Assembly: GCA_965208905.1 (NCBI GenBank)
Contig: OZ242365.1
Span: forward strand, 2,016,001-2,080,000
Origin: Nitrosopumilaceae archaeon
Lineage (GTDB): Archaea > Thermoproteota > Nitrososphaeria > Nitrososphaerales > Nitrosopumilaceae
Reading direction: 5' to 3'
Length of the DNA stretch: 64,000 nucleotides
Positions 20,644 to 31,396 of this stretch are shown here, piece after piece. The notes beneath the pieces are model-generated. The model ran no database searches and was not told the origin of the DNA. It saw only the letters and a program-made list of their open reading frames with translations. The translations under genes were made by a program, and so were the position numbers. Every line of letters begins with the position of its first letter. Position 1 is the first letter of the stretch.

Positions 20644-20842
20644 TGGACGATTTAGTGTTATTATCTGCGCAACACTTGGTTCTAGTTTGCCATTACATAG
20701 TATTTGCATTCGTACCTCAATATAGCGTGATTAATTATGGTAAAAATGCCAATAAAATTGGGCAATTATTGTCCAAGCATATAGGTTTAACGTGATACTC
20801 ACTTTGTGCCTAATATACAAAGATTACTGTCGAGTATTATAA

Positions 20843-21028
20843 TTATAAAGGATAATGTATCTTGCAGAAAAATCCGTTGGTGCCATCAGGCATTGCTCGT
20901 GCAGATACTCTAAATCCATCCTCGGGTCCACGTCCACAGTGTTGGCACTCAGCAGGCCTGACTTTGGTGTATACCACAGGCTTGTACATGTAGAATAGTG
21001 AGGACTTTGGGTCACTACGTTTTCGCAT
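20843..21028 (-). CDS. Small putative Zn-binding protein
   Basis: MRKRSD...CQHCGRG...FCKIH; TATA-like TTTATAAA about 22 nt upstream of ATG 21028. Confidence 0.65.
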   Translation of the reverse strand: MRKRSDPKSSLFYMYKPVVYTKVRPAECQHCGRGPEDGFRVSARAMPDGTNGFFCKIHYPL

Positions 21029-21190
21029 AGTAATACTAGGAGGTAATGCTTTATAAATGTACCGTACCATACATCTTAATACGTATCAATACGCCATTAG
21101 TATGTACTAGATACAATTCTTTTAGTTTAAATTTGGAGTGTGGACTCATCTCCCCATTGACGCGTAGAGGTTGTGAGGCGGAGTAGTCTT

Positions 21191-21985
21191 ATGGACATTA
21201 TAAAGCAGGGGTCTCCGGTCTTGTTTCAGTATAATCAGACCAAAAAGTGGCTCACCACAATATCCGGAGATGATGTACTACATACGCATATAGGCATAAT
21301 ACGGCACGCAGATGCCATAGGAAGAAAGTATGGTTCGCGTATAACAACCAATAAGGAAAAGTACGTCTACGTATTGAAGCCTACAACATACGACTATATC
21401 ATGAAGATACAACATGGTACACAGATAGTATACCCCAAGGATATAGGATACATATTGGCCCGATCAGGCCTGCAGAGCGGTCAGACGGTAGTGGAAATAG
21501 GTACAGGTAGTGGTGCCCTTACAACAGCCCTGGCAGGAGTAGTTAGGCCTCGAGGACGCGTACATACATTTGATGTAGATGACAGATTCATCAAGATTGC
21601 AGAGAAGAATATACGTCGAGCTGGTCTACAAAAGTACATAATACAAGAGAATAGAGACATCCGAGACTCAGACGATGTATCCATACAGGATGCGGATTTG
21701 GCGATTATAGATTTGGGGGATCCTTGGAGTGTAATACCGCAGGTCAGACGCATGCTAAAAGGAAGTGGTTCTGTCTTTGCCGTATGTCCCACTATGAACC
21801 AGTTGGAGAAGCTTGTGGGCACACTGACACAAAATCAGTTTACAGATATAGAGTGCTCTGAGAGGATACTACGTACCATAGAGGCCCGGGAGGGAAAGAC
21901 GCGACACTCATTTCAGGGAATAGGACATACTGCATACTTGTGTTATGCAAGAAAGGCATACTTTGATGATTCTCCAGAAGAGTGA
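21191..21985 (+). CDS. trmI: tRNA (adenine-N1) methyltransferase
   Basis: TQIVYPKDIG, VEIGTGSGALT, DLGDPW, GHTAY. Confidence 0.93.
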   Translation: MDIIKQGSPVLFQYNQTKKWLTTISGDDVLHTHIGIIRHADAIGRKYGSRITTNKEKYVYVLKPTTYDYIMKIQHGTQIVYPKDIGYILARSGLQSGQTVVEIGTGSGALTTALAGVVRPRGRVHTFDVDDRFIKIAEKNIRRAGLQKYIIQENRDIRDSDDVSIQDADLAIIDLGDPWSVIPQVRRMLKGSGSVFAVCPTMNQLEKLVGTLTQNQFTDIECSERILRTIEAREGKTRHSFQGIGHTAYLCYARKAYFDDSPEE

Positions 21986-22059
21986 GTATCCAAGGTGTAT
22001 CAGTCATAGGCATGCAGCACACCTAAAACGCTATAAATCCTTAAGGGTGCACAAGGTAC

Positions 22060-22920
22060 ATGGTGATACAAAACATAACATCAGATATGGTGAGTGGGTT
22101 CATACCGCCTCGTCACATAAACTCCCGTAAAGGACAGAATGGGAAGGTTCTGATTGTAGGCGGGAGTCGCATATACCACGGTGCTCCCATACTAGCATCA
22201 TTGGCTGCCCTAAGAACCGGTATAGACTTGGCATATGCAGCCGTACCAAAAAACATAGTAGATGCAGTACGTGCCGCCTCGTGTGACATAATAGTAATGC
22301 CGTTGGTCGACCAAAAACTCACCCGGGGCGCAGCAATCAAACTATCTAAAACCATACCACTGGGGGTTGATGTGGCGGCAATCGGTATGGGGTTGGAGTT
22401 TACCGAAGGTCTGCCCATATTATTACGACAGTTACGCGACATGAATGTGAGAGTTGTACTAGACGCAGGAGCCCTCAAACCAGATATAGTTGATGAGGTG
22501 CACGATACAGACTGCATACTGACACCGCATGCCGGCGAGTTTTACAGATTATTCAAAGAGACACCACCAGACAACTTGACAGAACGTGCCAAAATGGTAA
22601 GTCAGATGTCAACAAAGTGTGGTGCCACCATACTACTCAAGGGAAGTACAGATGTGATATCAGATGGCACACATACATTATACAATACAGGTAGAGTTCC
22701 AGCAATGACGGCAGGTGGTACCGGAGATGTATTGTGTGGCGTGACGGCAGGCATATTTGCCAAAAACCGTAAAGGTATAGAGGCCGCCAGTACAGCAGCA
22801 TACATAAACAAGCAGGTTGGAATGCTGGCGCAGTACGACTTGGGTTTGCATGTTATAGCATCAGACATGATACAGTATATACCCAAAGTTATGAAGGGCT
22901 TTGATCATACATCTGGGTGA
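22060..22920 (+). CDS. nnrD: ADP-dependent NAD(P)H-hydrate dehydratase
   Basis: KGQNGKVLIVGGS, TPHAGEF, GGTGDVL. Confidence 0.92.
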   Translation: MVIQNITSDMVSGFIPPRHINSRKGQNGKVLIVGGSRIYHGAPILASLAALRTGIDLAYAAVPKNIVDAVRAASCDIIVMPLVDQKLTRGAAIKLSKTIPLGVDVAAIGMGLEFTEGLPILLRQLRDMNVRVVLDAGALKPDIVDEVHDTDCILTPHAGEFYRLFKETPPDNLTERAKMVSQMSTKCGATILLKGSTDVISDGTHTLYNTGRVPAMTAGGTGDVLCGVTAGIFAKNRKGIEAASTAAYINKQVGMLAQYDLGLHVIASDMIQYIPKVMKGFDHTSG

Positions 22921-22949
22921 TCATACTGAATACAATAAACAGATACAGA

Positions 22950-24242
22950 ATGATACAGACTCTGCAAAGTCTGATAAGACAGCCTAGCGTGTCAGCGACC
23001 GGTGAGGGAATAGAAGAGTGTGCCAATCTGGTACATAACACATTACAGGAGAACGGCATAGACTCCAAAATGCTACACATGGAAGGCCATGCTCCCCTCA
23101 TATACGGCGAAATAAACAAGGGTCTCCCAAGAACAGTACTATTCTACAACCACTATGACGTACAACCTGCAGAGCCATTAGATATGTGGGAGCATCCCCC
23201 CTTTGGTGGCAACATACACGACAACAAAGTATATGGGCGGGGCGCCACTGACGACAAGGGGGAGCTGGTAGCACGTATCGAGGCTGTACGTTCCCTGGCC
23301 GAATCAGATGGCTTACAATATAACGTAAAGTTTGCCATTGAGGGTGAGGAAGAGAATGGCAGTAGAGGCATACCATCATACCTAAAGAAATATGGAAAGA
23401 TGCTAAAGTGTGATGGCATAGTGTGGGAGTTTGGTTATGTGGACAACAACGACACTCCAATAGTCGGACTTGGCATGAAAGGCATGCTATACGTTACATT
23501 GAAGGCGCAGGGGCCCAAACGCGACATCCATTCTGGTATGGCGCCAATAATACAGAATCCCATCTGGCGATTGGTGGGAGCACTATCTGTATTGGCTACT
23601 CCGGATGGCCGCATTACAATACCTGACTGGTACAAGCATGCCCAACCCTTCTCTCAAGATGAAATCGATATAATAAACATGATGCCGTTTGATGAGGGTA
23701 CCATCAAGGAGGAGTTTGGAGTGTCGGGGTTTGTTCAGGATGTAAATACAGAGTCCGTCAAGCAAGATTTGACCAAGGTGGCCACATGTAACATAGCCGG
23801 TATAATATCTGGTTATACGGGAGATGGTACAAAGACCATACTGCCGTCTGTGGCTACTGCCAAACTAGATCTGCGTCTTTTGCCCGGTATGGTTCCATCT
23901 GTACAATCACGTATGCTACAAGAGTATCTGCATGTACGTGGATTTGGCGACATATCAATAAGTACAGAGCATGGTCAGCAGGGCATAAGAGCATCGCCAT
24001 CACATACCTTTGTACAGGCAGTCCGCAAGGCAGTGGATGCTGCGTATGGCAGACATATACTAAATGTCATGTATCCAGAGACCGGGCCCATATGGCAGTT
24101 TTCAAATGCACTCAATGCGCCCTGTGTTTTGGTAGGAGGTACCCACATACACTCTCACATGCATTCGCCAAATGAGTTTGCCCGCATAGACTTGCTGGAG
24201 AAGACTGCGAGTACCATGATGCATCTACTAAATTCAGTCTGA
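22950..24242 (+). CDS. M20/M25/M40 metallopeptidase
   Basis: HYDVQP, GRGATDDKG, EGEEENGS, HSPNE. Confidence 0.92.
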   Translation: MIQTLQSLIRQPSVSATGEGIEECANLVHNTLQENGIDSKMLHMEGHAPLIYGEINKGLPRTVLFYNHYDVQPAEPLDMWEHPPFGGNIHDNKVYGRGATDDKGELVARIEAVRSLAESDGLQYNVKFAIEGEEENGSRGIPSYLKKYGKMLKCDGIVWEFGYVDNNDTPIVGLGMKGMLYVTLKAQGPKRDIHSGMAPIIQNPIWRLVGALSVLATPDGRITIPDWYKHAQPFSQDEIDIINMMPFDEGTIKEEFGVSGFVQDVNTESVKQDLTKVATCNIAGIISGYTGDGTKTILPSVATAKLDLRLLPGMVPSVQSRMLQEYLHVRGFGDISISTEHGQQGIRASPSHTFVQAVRKAVDAAYGRHILNVMYPETGPIWQFSNALNAPCVLVGGTHIHSHMHSPNEFARIDLLEKTASTMMHLLNSV

Positions 24243-24248
24243 AAATAT

Positions 24249-24671
24249 CTAATGCAGGAATCTTGGAATCCTACCAACTATATGAGATAGCGATATTCGT
24301 CCAGGGCCCATTACTATCACTAGTAGAGCAGCGGCTAGCAATATTATGTCAAACTCCGTACTAGGTCCTTCCCTACTAGAGAACGCCTGCGCACCCTTTA
24401 TCAAGAATATTGCACCTAGCATGTATATCGATAGTAAGCTTGATGAAATACGTGTCAAAACTCCTATCAGTAACAACACTCCTGGTACCACTTCGCCCAA
24501 AGCTATTGGTATCTGCATCGCTGCTGGCGCACCAAAAGACTCCATAAAGCCGGCAAATCCAGGAGAGAATTTTCCGTAACCGTGAACTATAAAGACAACA
24601 CCGAGTGTGGCTCGAATGCCCATCATCACGACATCCGATAGTATTCCTGAACGTAATTCTGCCGTACCCAT
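24249..24671 (-). CDS. DoxX-family membrane protein
   Basis: RATLGVVFIVHGYGK...GPGRISL. Confidence 0.88.
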   Translation of the reverse strand: MGTAELRSGILSDVVMMGIRATLGVVFIVHGYGKFSPGFAGFMESFGAPAAMQIPIALGEVVPGVLLLIGVLTRISSSLLSIYMLGAIFLIKGAQAFSSREGPSTEFDIILLAAALLVIVMGPGRISLSHIVGRIPRFLH

Positions 24672-24717
24672 AACCCTATACTCTACCTATCTAGTATAAT
24701 TATGTTATCACATATGG

Positions 24718-24787
24718 TCGGCTACCAGCGATCGGGTTCTGTCACCCATAAATGAGAACGGCTACGCGGCTCATCATCTGTAGTCGG
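24718..24787 (+). ncRNA. Candidate small three-way-junction RNA
   Basis: TCGGCTAC/GTAGTCGG closing stem, GGGT/ACCC and ATGAG/CTCAT hairpins. Confidence 0.35.
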
Positions 24788-24791
24788 GGCG

Positions 24792-25739
24792 CTATACTGT
24801 GCTCGGCTCGCCCATCTTGGTCGATTTCTTTGGCTGCACCGGAACTGCCGTGGCGGGCGTCTCGTTGACTATGATGGTGGGTATCTGGTTGTCGGGAGCT
24901 ATCACGAACTTGGTGCCTTCTCTTAGCGCCTCCTCGGTGACGCGCAGTCTCTCCAACATCTGCGCGTTGCCGGTGAAGTGCTCGTCGGCGGCGTCGTTGA
25001 CCAGTTGTATCTCCTTGGCCTTGGCCTCGGCTACGGTGGTTATCGCCTTGGCCTCCCCCTCCGCTATCTTTATTGCGGCGCGCTTCTCGCCGTCTGCCTT
25101 GGTCTCGGCGGCCGTGGCAAAATCCAATGCTGCCTGCTTCTCATTCTCAGCCTTGATGACCATGTTCATGGCATCTTGGACGTCCTCCGGCGGCCGAACC
25201 TCTTTTAGTTCGACCCGGACTATTCCTATCCCCCAGTTCTTGGTCTCCTCGGTCATGCTTTTGTGTATGGCCTTGTTCAGGCCGGCCCTGTTGGAGTTGA
25301 CCTGCTTAAAGTCAGTCCGCCCTATCTCGTTCCGCAGCGTGGTGCGCGCCAGCTCCACCACCTGTCTATAATAGTTGTTCACATTGTAGAGCGCGGCTTT
25401 TAGATCCTCCTCTCTCACCCTCTTCAAAAGATCTGCCTGGGCATCATCGTCGGACTTGCCAACGCGGAAATAGACCTGCGCATCAACTGTACAGTTCAGG
25501 TTGTCCTTGGTTATCACGTCCTGTTTTGTAACGTCAACGAGCTGCTCGGTCACGTTCACCTTGTAGAGTTTTTGGATTGCGGGGAACACGTACGTAATGC
25601 CGTAGCGCCGGAATCCCGAGAAGCGGCCCAGTGTCTCTATGGCACCGACATGCGTCGGCCGAATGACGCGTATGCCTGCTAGGACTACTATCGCCGCGAT
25701 AACGCCGACAACTATAAGTGCTATATCTCCTTCAGTCAC
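24792..25739 (-). CDS. SPFH/Band 7 (stomatin-like, QmcA-type) protein; GC-rich
   Basis: N-terminal TM, QDVITKDN, LARTTLRNEIG, WGIGIVRVELKEV, Ala/Glu coiled coil. Confidence 0.9.
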   Translation of the reverse strand: MTEGDIALIVVGVIAAIVVLAGIRVIRPTHVGAIETLGRFSGFRRYGITYVFPAIQKLYKVNVTEQLVDVTKQDVITKDNLNCTVDAQVYFRVGKSDDDAQADLLKRVREEDLKAALYNVNNYYRQVVELARTTLRNEIGRTDFKQVNSNRAGLNKAIHKSMTEETKNWGIGIVRVELKEVRPPEDVQDAMNMVIKAENEKQAALDFATAAETKADGEKRAAIKIAEGEAKAITTVAEAKAKEIQLVNDAADEHFTGNAQMLERLRVTEEALREGTKFVIAPDNQIPTIIVNETPATAVPVQPKKSTKMGEPSTV

Positions 25740-25782
25740 GCTTTATCAGTAGTTATTGTATAATTTAAGTCTAATTTGGTTG

Positions 25783-25900
25783 GCCCCTCACAAAGGCGGG
25801 TGATGAATCGGACGATTTGTCACTACGATCTTAAACACTCTGCCGGATCGGCAGGTGTGGGACGCAAGAACCATCACCAAGTTTGCTCACCGTTGATGGT
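25783..25900 (+). ncRNA. Candidate structured RNA (consecutive hairpins)
   Basis: GTGATGAATC/GATTTGTCAC 25800-25823, ACAC-CTGCC/GGCAG-GTGT 25835-25858, ACCATCA/TGATGGT 25870-25900. Confidence 0.4.
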
Positions 25901-25966
25901 ATTTTGGCGCACAACAACCAAATTGTATGGCTCATCATGCATCAAGCATAACATTGATCAGTTATT

Positions 25967-27188
25967 CTATCTTGAATTTGTATCTTCCCGCTCATAATAG
26001 CTACGGGTCTGTTGATAATCAGAGTCATCTCGCAGCTGAGCCTCACCTCTATTGGTTTGATATCCGCCAGATGCTGCACTAGTCTGATATCCCACTAAAT
26101 TAGCTGGATCTATGCCCTGTTGACCCTTTGCCTCATTCTTTAGCGTACGATTACTGATTATAAAGAATGCAACACCTCCTACGGCAGCCAAGCCAGCCAT
26201 ACCGTATATTATAACGACTGGAAAGTTCCCAGTAGATGTCGTTGCAAAGTCATCAGGTGCAGTAGGAGTAACTCCTATAATCTCTACCCCCTCTAGCCTA
26301 TCAATAGCCCCAAATCCCAAGGCGTGGAGATTGGCTTGATCTGCTGATTGCACAGCTCGAAGATCAAATGATATTGAGCCTGGTATGTCCGGATGTGTAT
26401 TGCCAGTAACAGAAGCATGCCATTCCGTCTCTATCTGCCTGCCCTCACGAATGCTACTCTCACCCATCGTCCAAGACGAGCGAACTTGGCCTGCCAGCTC
26501 ATCAGATATTCCATACAGATTAGCATCAGCGTTTATTCCAGTCGGGTCGAATAGAAAGTGCCAATTCTCTAGTGGCTGTTCCAGTATAAAGTCTGCGTTT
26601 ATCATTGGCACAGATAGTATATCACCAGCTTCAGTATTTTGAACTAAATCATACAGTACAGGTTCATTCTCCTGTAGCATGTTTAATGGAATATTAACAT
26701 CTACGCCATCAATTACAATAGACTCATCTGTACTGAGTCCGCGCCACCCCATATCTATCAGTGTGCGAACCTGATCCCGTGTAATCACATAATTCGCAAT
26801 GTATCCTTCTAGTTGCACCTTAAAGTCCAATGATGTGTTGACATTGCGCCCTGTCAACTGAAACTTGTACGATACTGTCAGGTCATCAACCGAAGATATT
26901 GCGCCATCATTACGTATACTTTCATTCAGACTGTCTTGCAGATGCTGCACTGCTGGATCATCAAGGTCAGCAAACCCCTCTAGAACCCACGAATTTGTCT
27001 GCATGAACTCAGACAGTGAACTGCCAGCTGGATATTCTATAAATGCGGTTCTCTGATATGTAATCTTAAATGGAGATGAATCTGTGTCAGGGTTCAGTAT
27101 AGCTTCCAACTGCGCCCCCATGGCAGGTGCCATGGTACCACCAACAATAAGTCCCGCCAACAGAATGGTGCAGACATAAAGTTGCATA
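25967..27188 (-). CDS. Hypothetical exported protein with C-terminal membrane anchor
   Basis: Signal peptide from MQLYV (ATG 27188), TM near C-terminus, cytoplasmic tail GYQTNRGEA. Confidence 0.8.
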
Positions 27189-27339
27189 ATTTCATTTATG
27201 GTTATGGGGTAATAAACCTTCAGTGTAATTAGGATTAAAACCACAGTAAATTTCACCTGTACGCAAAATTACGGGGCATGTTGTTGCCATTCTGTTATGG
27301 AAATAGCATATCATGATATGACTTAAATCGCCTTGTATC

Positions 27340-28251
27340 ATGAGTATATACATAATGAAGCAAGATTCCTATGTGCAGGCAGGCAAGGTTGCTGGTGAAG
27401 TACGCGAGATGGTACGAAGTCGGGACTGGACAGGCAAGACCGTATATGACATATGTGAATGGGTCGAAGATCAAATCAGGACCAGAGGTGCAAAGTGCGC
27501 CTTTCCTGTAAACACCAGCATAAATGAGATTGCTGCCCATTATACGGCAGAGCCGGACGATACACTCACAGTAAAGAGTGGAGATGTACTAAAAGTGGAC
27601 CTAGGAGCTCACATAGATGGATACATAGCAGATACTGCCGTGACAATATCGTTTAACGACAAACACGACACTCTAGTACAGACTGCCGAGTTGGCCCTGC
27701 AGAAGGCCATGAGCTTGTGCTCAGCAGGTACCAAAGCCAGCAATATAGGTAAAGCCATAGAACGAGTGATTAAGAGTGCGGGATTCAAACCCATAGCAAA
27801 TCTAAGTGGTCACTCATTGGACAGATATACAATTCATGCCGGCAAGACAATCCCAAACATATGGTCGTTTGGAGGATTTTCGTTGTCAGAGGAATCTGCC
27901 TATGCATGCGAACCCTTCTGTACCTATTCTGATGGCGGGGGCTTTGTCAGAAATGAAAAGACAAAGAATATTTTTGCCCTGGTTAACCGTAAGAGAACAA
28001 AGAATGATGAGGCCGACAGTATGGCTCAATACATATGGGATAACTTTAATTCGCTTCCCTTTGCCCTGCGTTGGCTCACAAAAGAGTTTGGTGACAATGC
28101 CCGACAAACATTAGACTTTCTGGTGAGCAAGAAGGTTGTAAAGGCGTATGCCGTGTTAGTAGAGGTTCATGGTAAGGTGGTTGCGCAGGCAGAACACACG
28201 TTCATACCACAGACGGACGGCCCCCTAATAACCACATATGCGAACAAATAG
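27340..28251 (+). CDS. map: Methionine aminopeptidase type II
   Basis: AAHYT, KVDLGAHIDGYIADTA, LSGHS, CEPF, AQAEHT. Confidence 0.95.
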   Translation: MSIYIMKQDSYVQAGKVAGEVREMVRSRDWTGKTVYDICEWVEDQIRTRGAKCAFPVNTSINEIAAHYTAEPDDTLTVKSGDVLKVDLGAHIDGYIADTAVTISFNDKHDTLVQTAELALQKAMSLCSAGTKASNIGKAIERVIKSAGFKPIANLSGHSLDRYTIHAGKTIPNIWSFGGFSLSEESAYACEPFCTYSDGGGFVRNEKTKNIFALVNRKRTKNDEADSMAQYIWDNFNSLPFALRWLTKEFGDNARQTLDFLVSKKVVKAYAVLVEVHGKVVAQAEHTFIPQTDGPLITTYANK

Positions 28252-28284
28252 ACATACCATCATTACTGCCTAGTGTAATGTACA

Positions 28285-28464
28285 TTATTGCACTATTTCC
28301 TCTTGCCCGAATATACCATATATCACTGCTTTGCCGTCACACTTTGCACAGTCAAATCTCTTGTACACGTAATCACCTGAAACAAACCGCTCTTTGTTGT
28401 CTGTTTCGCAGGAGTCACAACGCGACACAGTATACACTACTGTTATACGCTTCTTTTGAAACAT
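28285..28464 (-). CDS. Small zinc-ribbon protein (59 aa)
   Basis: Manual translation MFQKKRITVVYTVSRCDSCETDNKERFVSGDYVYKRFDCAKCDGKAVIYGIFGQEEIVQ; two CxxC; TAATG overlap with upstream gene. Confidence 0.75.
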   Translation of the reverse strand: MFQKKRITVVYTVSRCDSCETDNKERFVSGDYVYKRFDCAKCDGKAVIYGIFGQEEIVQ

Positions 28465-29579
28465 TATTGCGCAACGCCTCCGGTATTTCCAACACCGATT
28501 ACAAGTACGGTATCATCTTGTGATGTGTTCTCTACTATTGTGTCTTGTATGTGTCTTATAGATACAGGTATGCTCTTGTATATTGTATCGGTCATTAAAG
28601 ATATGGACTCTTTTATGGACTGTTTTATGACAACGCAAAATATTGGAATATTATTCTTGGTGGCTATCTCTTCTATACCAAAGCGCTCCACGCCACTCCC
28701 ACCTATGGCCGCACCAAAACCCCGGTATACAGAACCAGACTCTTCACCCTCCATCTTTAATGCAGCATCCACCATTATTATGACATCTATATCATACTGT
28801 TTTATGATTGACTCAAGAGCCTCATCGGGCTTTCCGGTTACCGGTTCAGGGCCTTTGGGTTTTAAAAGTATCGTACGCCTCCCCTCAATCTCAGACTCGG
28901 CATATATCATCTTATATGATATCGGTTTGTGCGGTATATTACACATCATGTATCCCACAACGGCTGGCCCTATACCGTCCCCCACAGGCTGCCCTTCTGT
29001 AAATGCTGTCATGCCATCGCGCAAAGCTTCTGCCTGCTCCATCACAAAGGGCAGTTCCATCTGTAGTGGCAGTATGAGTGGATAGTTCTTTTGTTTCTTT
29101 GCAGTCAAATATAGATGACTTACAACCTTGTGTATCATCTTTAATGTGGAGCTTATCTCCAACAGTGTCTGCACTCTTGCCCGCTCCACTTCATTGGCCT
29201 GTGACAGTATTGTTTCAATTCTGTTTCTGGTGTACGACTCTTTATTCCATAATACAGCACGAACCTTGGGCACTATTCCGGATGTATCCATATCTTGGGG
29301 AGGTACAACAAAATAATCTATCATGGACTCTATATTCTGTTTTGCGAATGAATCTGCACCTGGTAGTTTATCCACATACGCAAGCGTCTCCTTTATGGAC
29401 TGCACCCCAAAATCATTTAGTTTTTTGATCTCTTTTTTAATCTCATAAGAAGTTATCAGTAACTGAATTCTCTGCCCATAAAATACAAAGAGTATTAGTG
29501 GCAGTACCCACACCAGCATCATAAGTGTGCTGGTGTCATCACCAAAACTCAGAAGCTCATCAAACTCAGTGAGGTTCAT
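28464..29579 (-). CDS. DUF1512-family membrane-anchored protein
   Basis: N-terminal TM; GQPVGDGIGP, DAALKMEGE, GVGNTGGVAQ. Confidence 0.8.
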   Translation of the reverse strand: MNLTEFDELLSFGDDTSTLMMLVWVLPLILFVFYGQRIQLLITSYEIKKEIKKLNDFGVQSIKETLAYVDKLPGADSFAKQNIESMIDYFVVPPQDMDTSGIVPKVRAVLWNKESYTRNRIETILSQANEVERARVQTLLEISSTLKMIHKVVSHLYLTAKKQKNYPLILPLQMELPFVMEQAEALRDGMTAFTEGQPVGDGIGPAVVGYMMCNIPHKPISYKMIYAESEIEGRRTILLKPKGPEPVTGKPDEALESIIKQYDIDVIIMVDAALKMEGEESGSVYRGFGAAIGGSGVERFGIEEIATKNNIPIFCVVIKQSIKESISLMTDTIYKSIPVSIRHIQDTIVENTSQDDTVLVIGVGNTGGVAQ

Positions 29580-29588
29580 TACTACTCC

Positions 29589-30149
29589 TTAGCTGTACAG
29601 CATCAAATCTTTCTCTTCCAGCATGGAGTGCAGGTTGTTCACTGATCTATATACGTCTGGTTCTCTTTTGGCTCCAGTACAGACTAGCTTGCCTGATGAG
29701 AATAACAGTATGACGGTCTTTGGGTCCAACATGCGGTGTATGAGACCTGGAAACTGCTCTGGTTCATACATGCTTCGGGGAAGTGTTCTAGCTGCCTGCT
29801 CCAAATGTATGCGGCCGCCCAAATTTATGGACGCAACAATGTTTTGTACCTCAACTATGGCATCCTGCTTTACCTCTATGCCGCCGGCTCGCAGTCTATC
29901 CACTACAGTCTTGACGGCACGACGGGCCATATCTTCAGACTTGGAGCCTGTACAGACCATCTTGCCGGATGTAAATATCAATGTGGCCGTCTTGGGTGTA
30001 GATAACCGAAAGACCAGACCTGGAAACTGATCCGGGTGATACTCTACATCAGTAAATGTTCGCGTAATCTCGTTGAGATCCATTTTTTGTTCTACAGATG
30101 CCGATGCTACAACATTCTCTATACTGACAACGGGTTTTGTCTGTGGCAA
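29589..30149 (-). CDS. tbp: TATA-box binding protein
   Basis: Duplicated NVVAS...Y.P.QFPGL...LIF.SGK.VCTG. Confidence 0.97.
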   Translation of the reverse strand: MPQTKPVVSIENVVASASVEQKMDLNEITRTFTDVEYHPDQFPGLVFRLSTPKTATLIFTSGKMVCTGSKSEDMARRAVKTVVDRLRAGGIEVKQDAIVEVQNIVASINLGGRIHLEQAARTLPRSMYEPEQFPGLIHRMLDPKTVILLFSSGKLVCTGAKREPDVYRSVNNLHSMLEEKDLMLYS

Positions 30150-30433
30150 TATAGATGATGATTTATATACACTCTATAAATATTGATATAGCAACTGATC
30201 ATATCATCAATACTAAACATCATGACACAAAGGCCGTTCTGATATATACAATGATGCTGTACCGCCCTATAGACTGTCTTGGGTTCCTCTTACACACAAG
30301 TTTGGGTGATGCCACATATTTGAGATGGTCTGTCAGCATGGTTGATCCTCAAGTTATGTGCCATATTGCATGGAGTAGGATTCACATCAAATCATACACA
30401 TCCCTGATGTGTAATCATCGTTTTTATCTGCCA

Positions 30434-31396
30434 CTATGATATTAGCATGGACTGGACGATATTTGATATATCAACAGTGGGTTTGCCATCTTTGGATATC
30501 GATTGGCGGGATGGAGGATTCTCTGGATAGTTGGGTATGTTGGTCTGTATACGCTGTGAAAATGTCGATATTGTTTCATTTTTATAAAATATTCCAGTGG
30601 GTATTTTATCACCCCAGTCTAGTGATCTGATCAGGGCCTGAGACAGCTTCTCATCCATCTCAGACTCACTGGCATAATGTACTACGGGATCGTATCCGGT
30701 ATCTTCAAGCTTGTATATTCTAGAGTGACGTGAGACAGCATCCTCCATGTCAAGGCCCGCATACCAGTCGCGTGTATTGATATCATTATACGTTGGGCAT
30801 GGTTGCAGAACAGCCAAAAACGATGTGCCCTTATGCGCTATGGCCTGCATTATCATGCTTTTTAGGTGTCGTATGTCATACGAGTAGGCGCGTGCCACAA
30901 AGGTGTATCCAGACGTTATGGCCAGACCTATCGGGTTTACATTATAGTTTATGTTGGGTTTGGGCAGCGATTTGGGTTGCTCCCAGAGTTTCAGTGTAGG
31001 AGATGCCTGGCCCTTTGTCAGGCCATAAACACCATTGTCAAACACAATATATGTAAAGTCTATATCACGACGCCCTGCAGCTACAAAATGACCAGCGCCA
31101 ATTCCCAGACCGTCACCATCACCTCCCACGGCTACAACCGTCAAATCTGGATTTGCCACTTTGGCTCCCTGCGCAAAGGGCAGTACACGGCCATGTAACG
31201 TATGAATACCATATGTATTGACAAAATGAACTGTCTTGCCAGAACAACCCACACCAGAAAAGATTGCTGTTCTGTCACGTTCAATACCCATCTCGGCCAG
31301 AGACATCTGTAGTGCGTTCACTATACCAAAGTCGCCACACCCCGGACACCAATCGTTGTGTACATCAGTCTTGTAGTCTGCTACTTTAAGCGCCAT
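30434..31396 (-). CDS. 2-oxoacid:ferredoxin oxidoreductase beta subunit
   Basis: WCPGCGDFG, GDGDGLGIG, YGLTKGQASPT, QPCPTYN. Confidence 0.95.
   Translation of the reverse strand: MALKVADYKTDVHNDWCPGCGDFGIVNALQMSLAEMGIERDRTAIFSGVGCSGKTVHFVNTYGIHTLHGRVLPFAQGAKVANPDLTVVAVGGDGDGLGIGAGHFVAAGRRDIDFTYIVFDNGVYGLTKGQASPTLKLWEQPKSLPKPNINYNVNPIGLAITSGYTFVARAYSYDIRHLKSMIMQAIAHKGTSFLAVLQPCPTYNDINTRDWYAGLDMEDAVSRHSRIYKLEDTGYDPVVHYASESEMDEKLSQALIRSLDWGDKIPTGIFYKNETISTFSQRIQTNIPNYPENPPSRQSISKDGKPTVDISNIVQSMLIS

Noticed and set aside
24718-24787. C/D-box sRNA on - strand (ATGATGA) or hammerhead ribozyme
   Set aside because: No CTGA D box, no CUGANGA/GAAA core, and the terminal stem has C-A mismatches on that strand.
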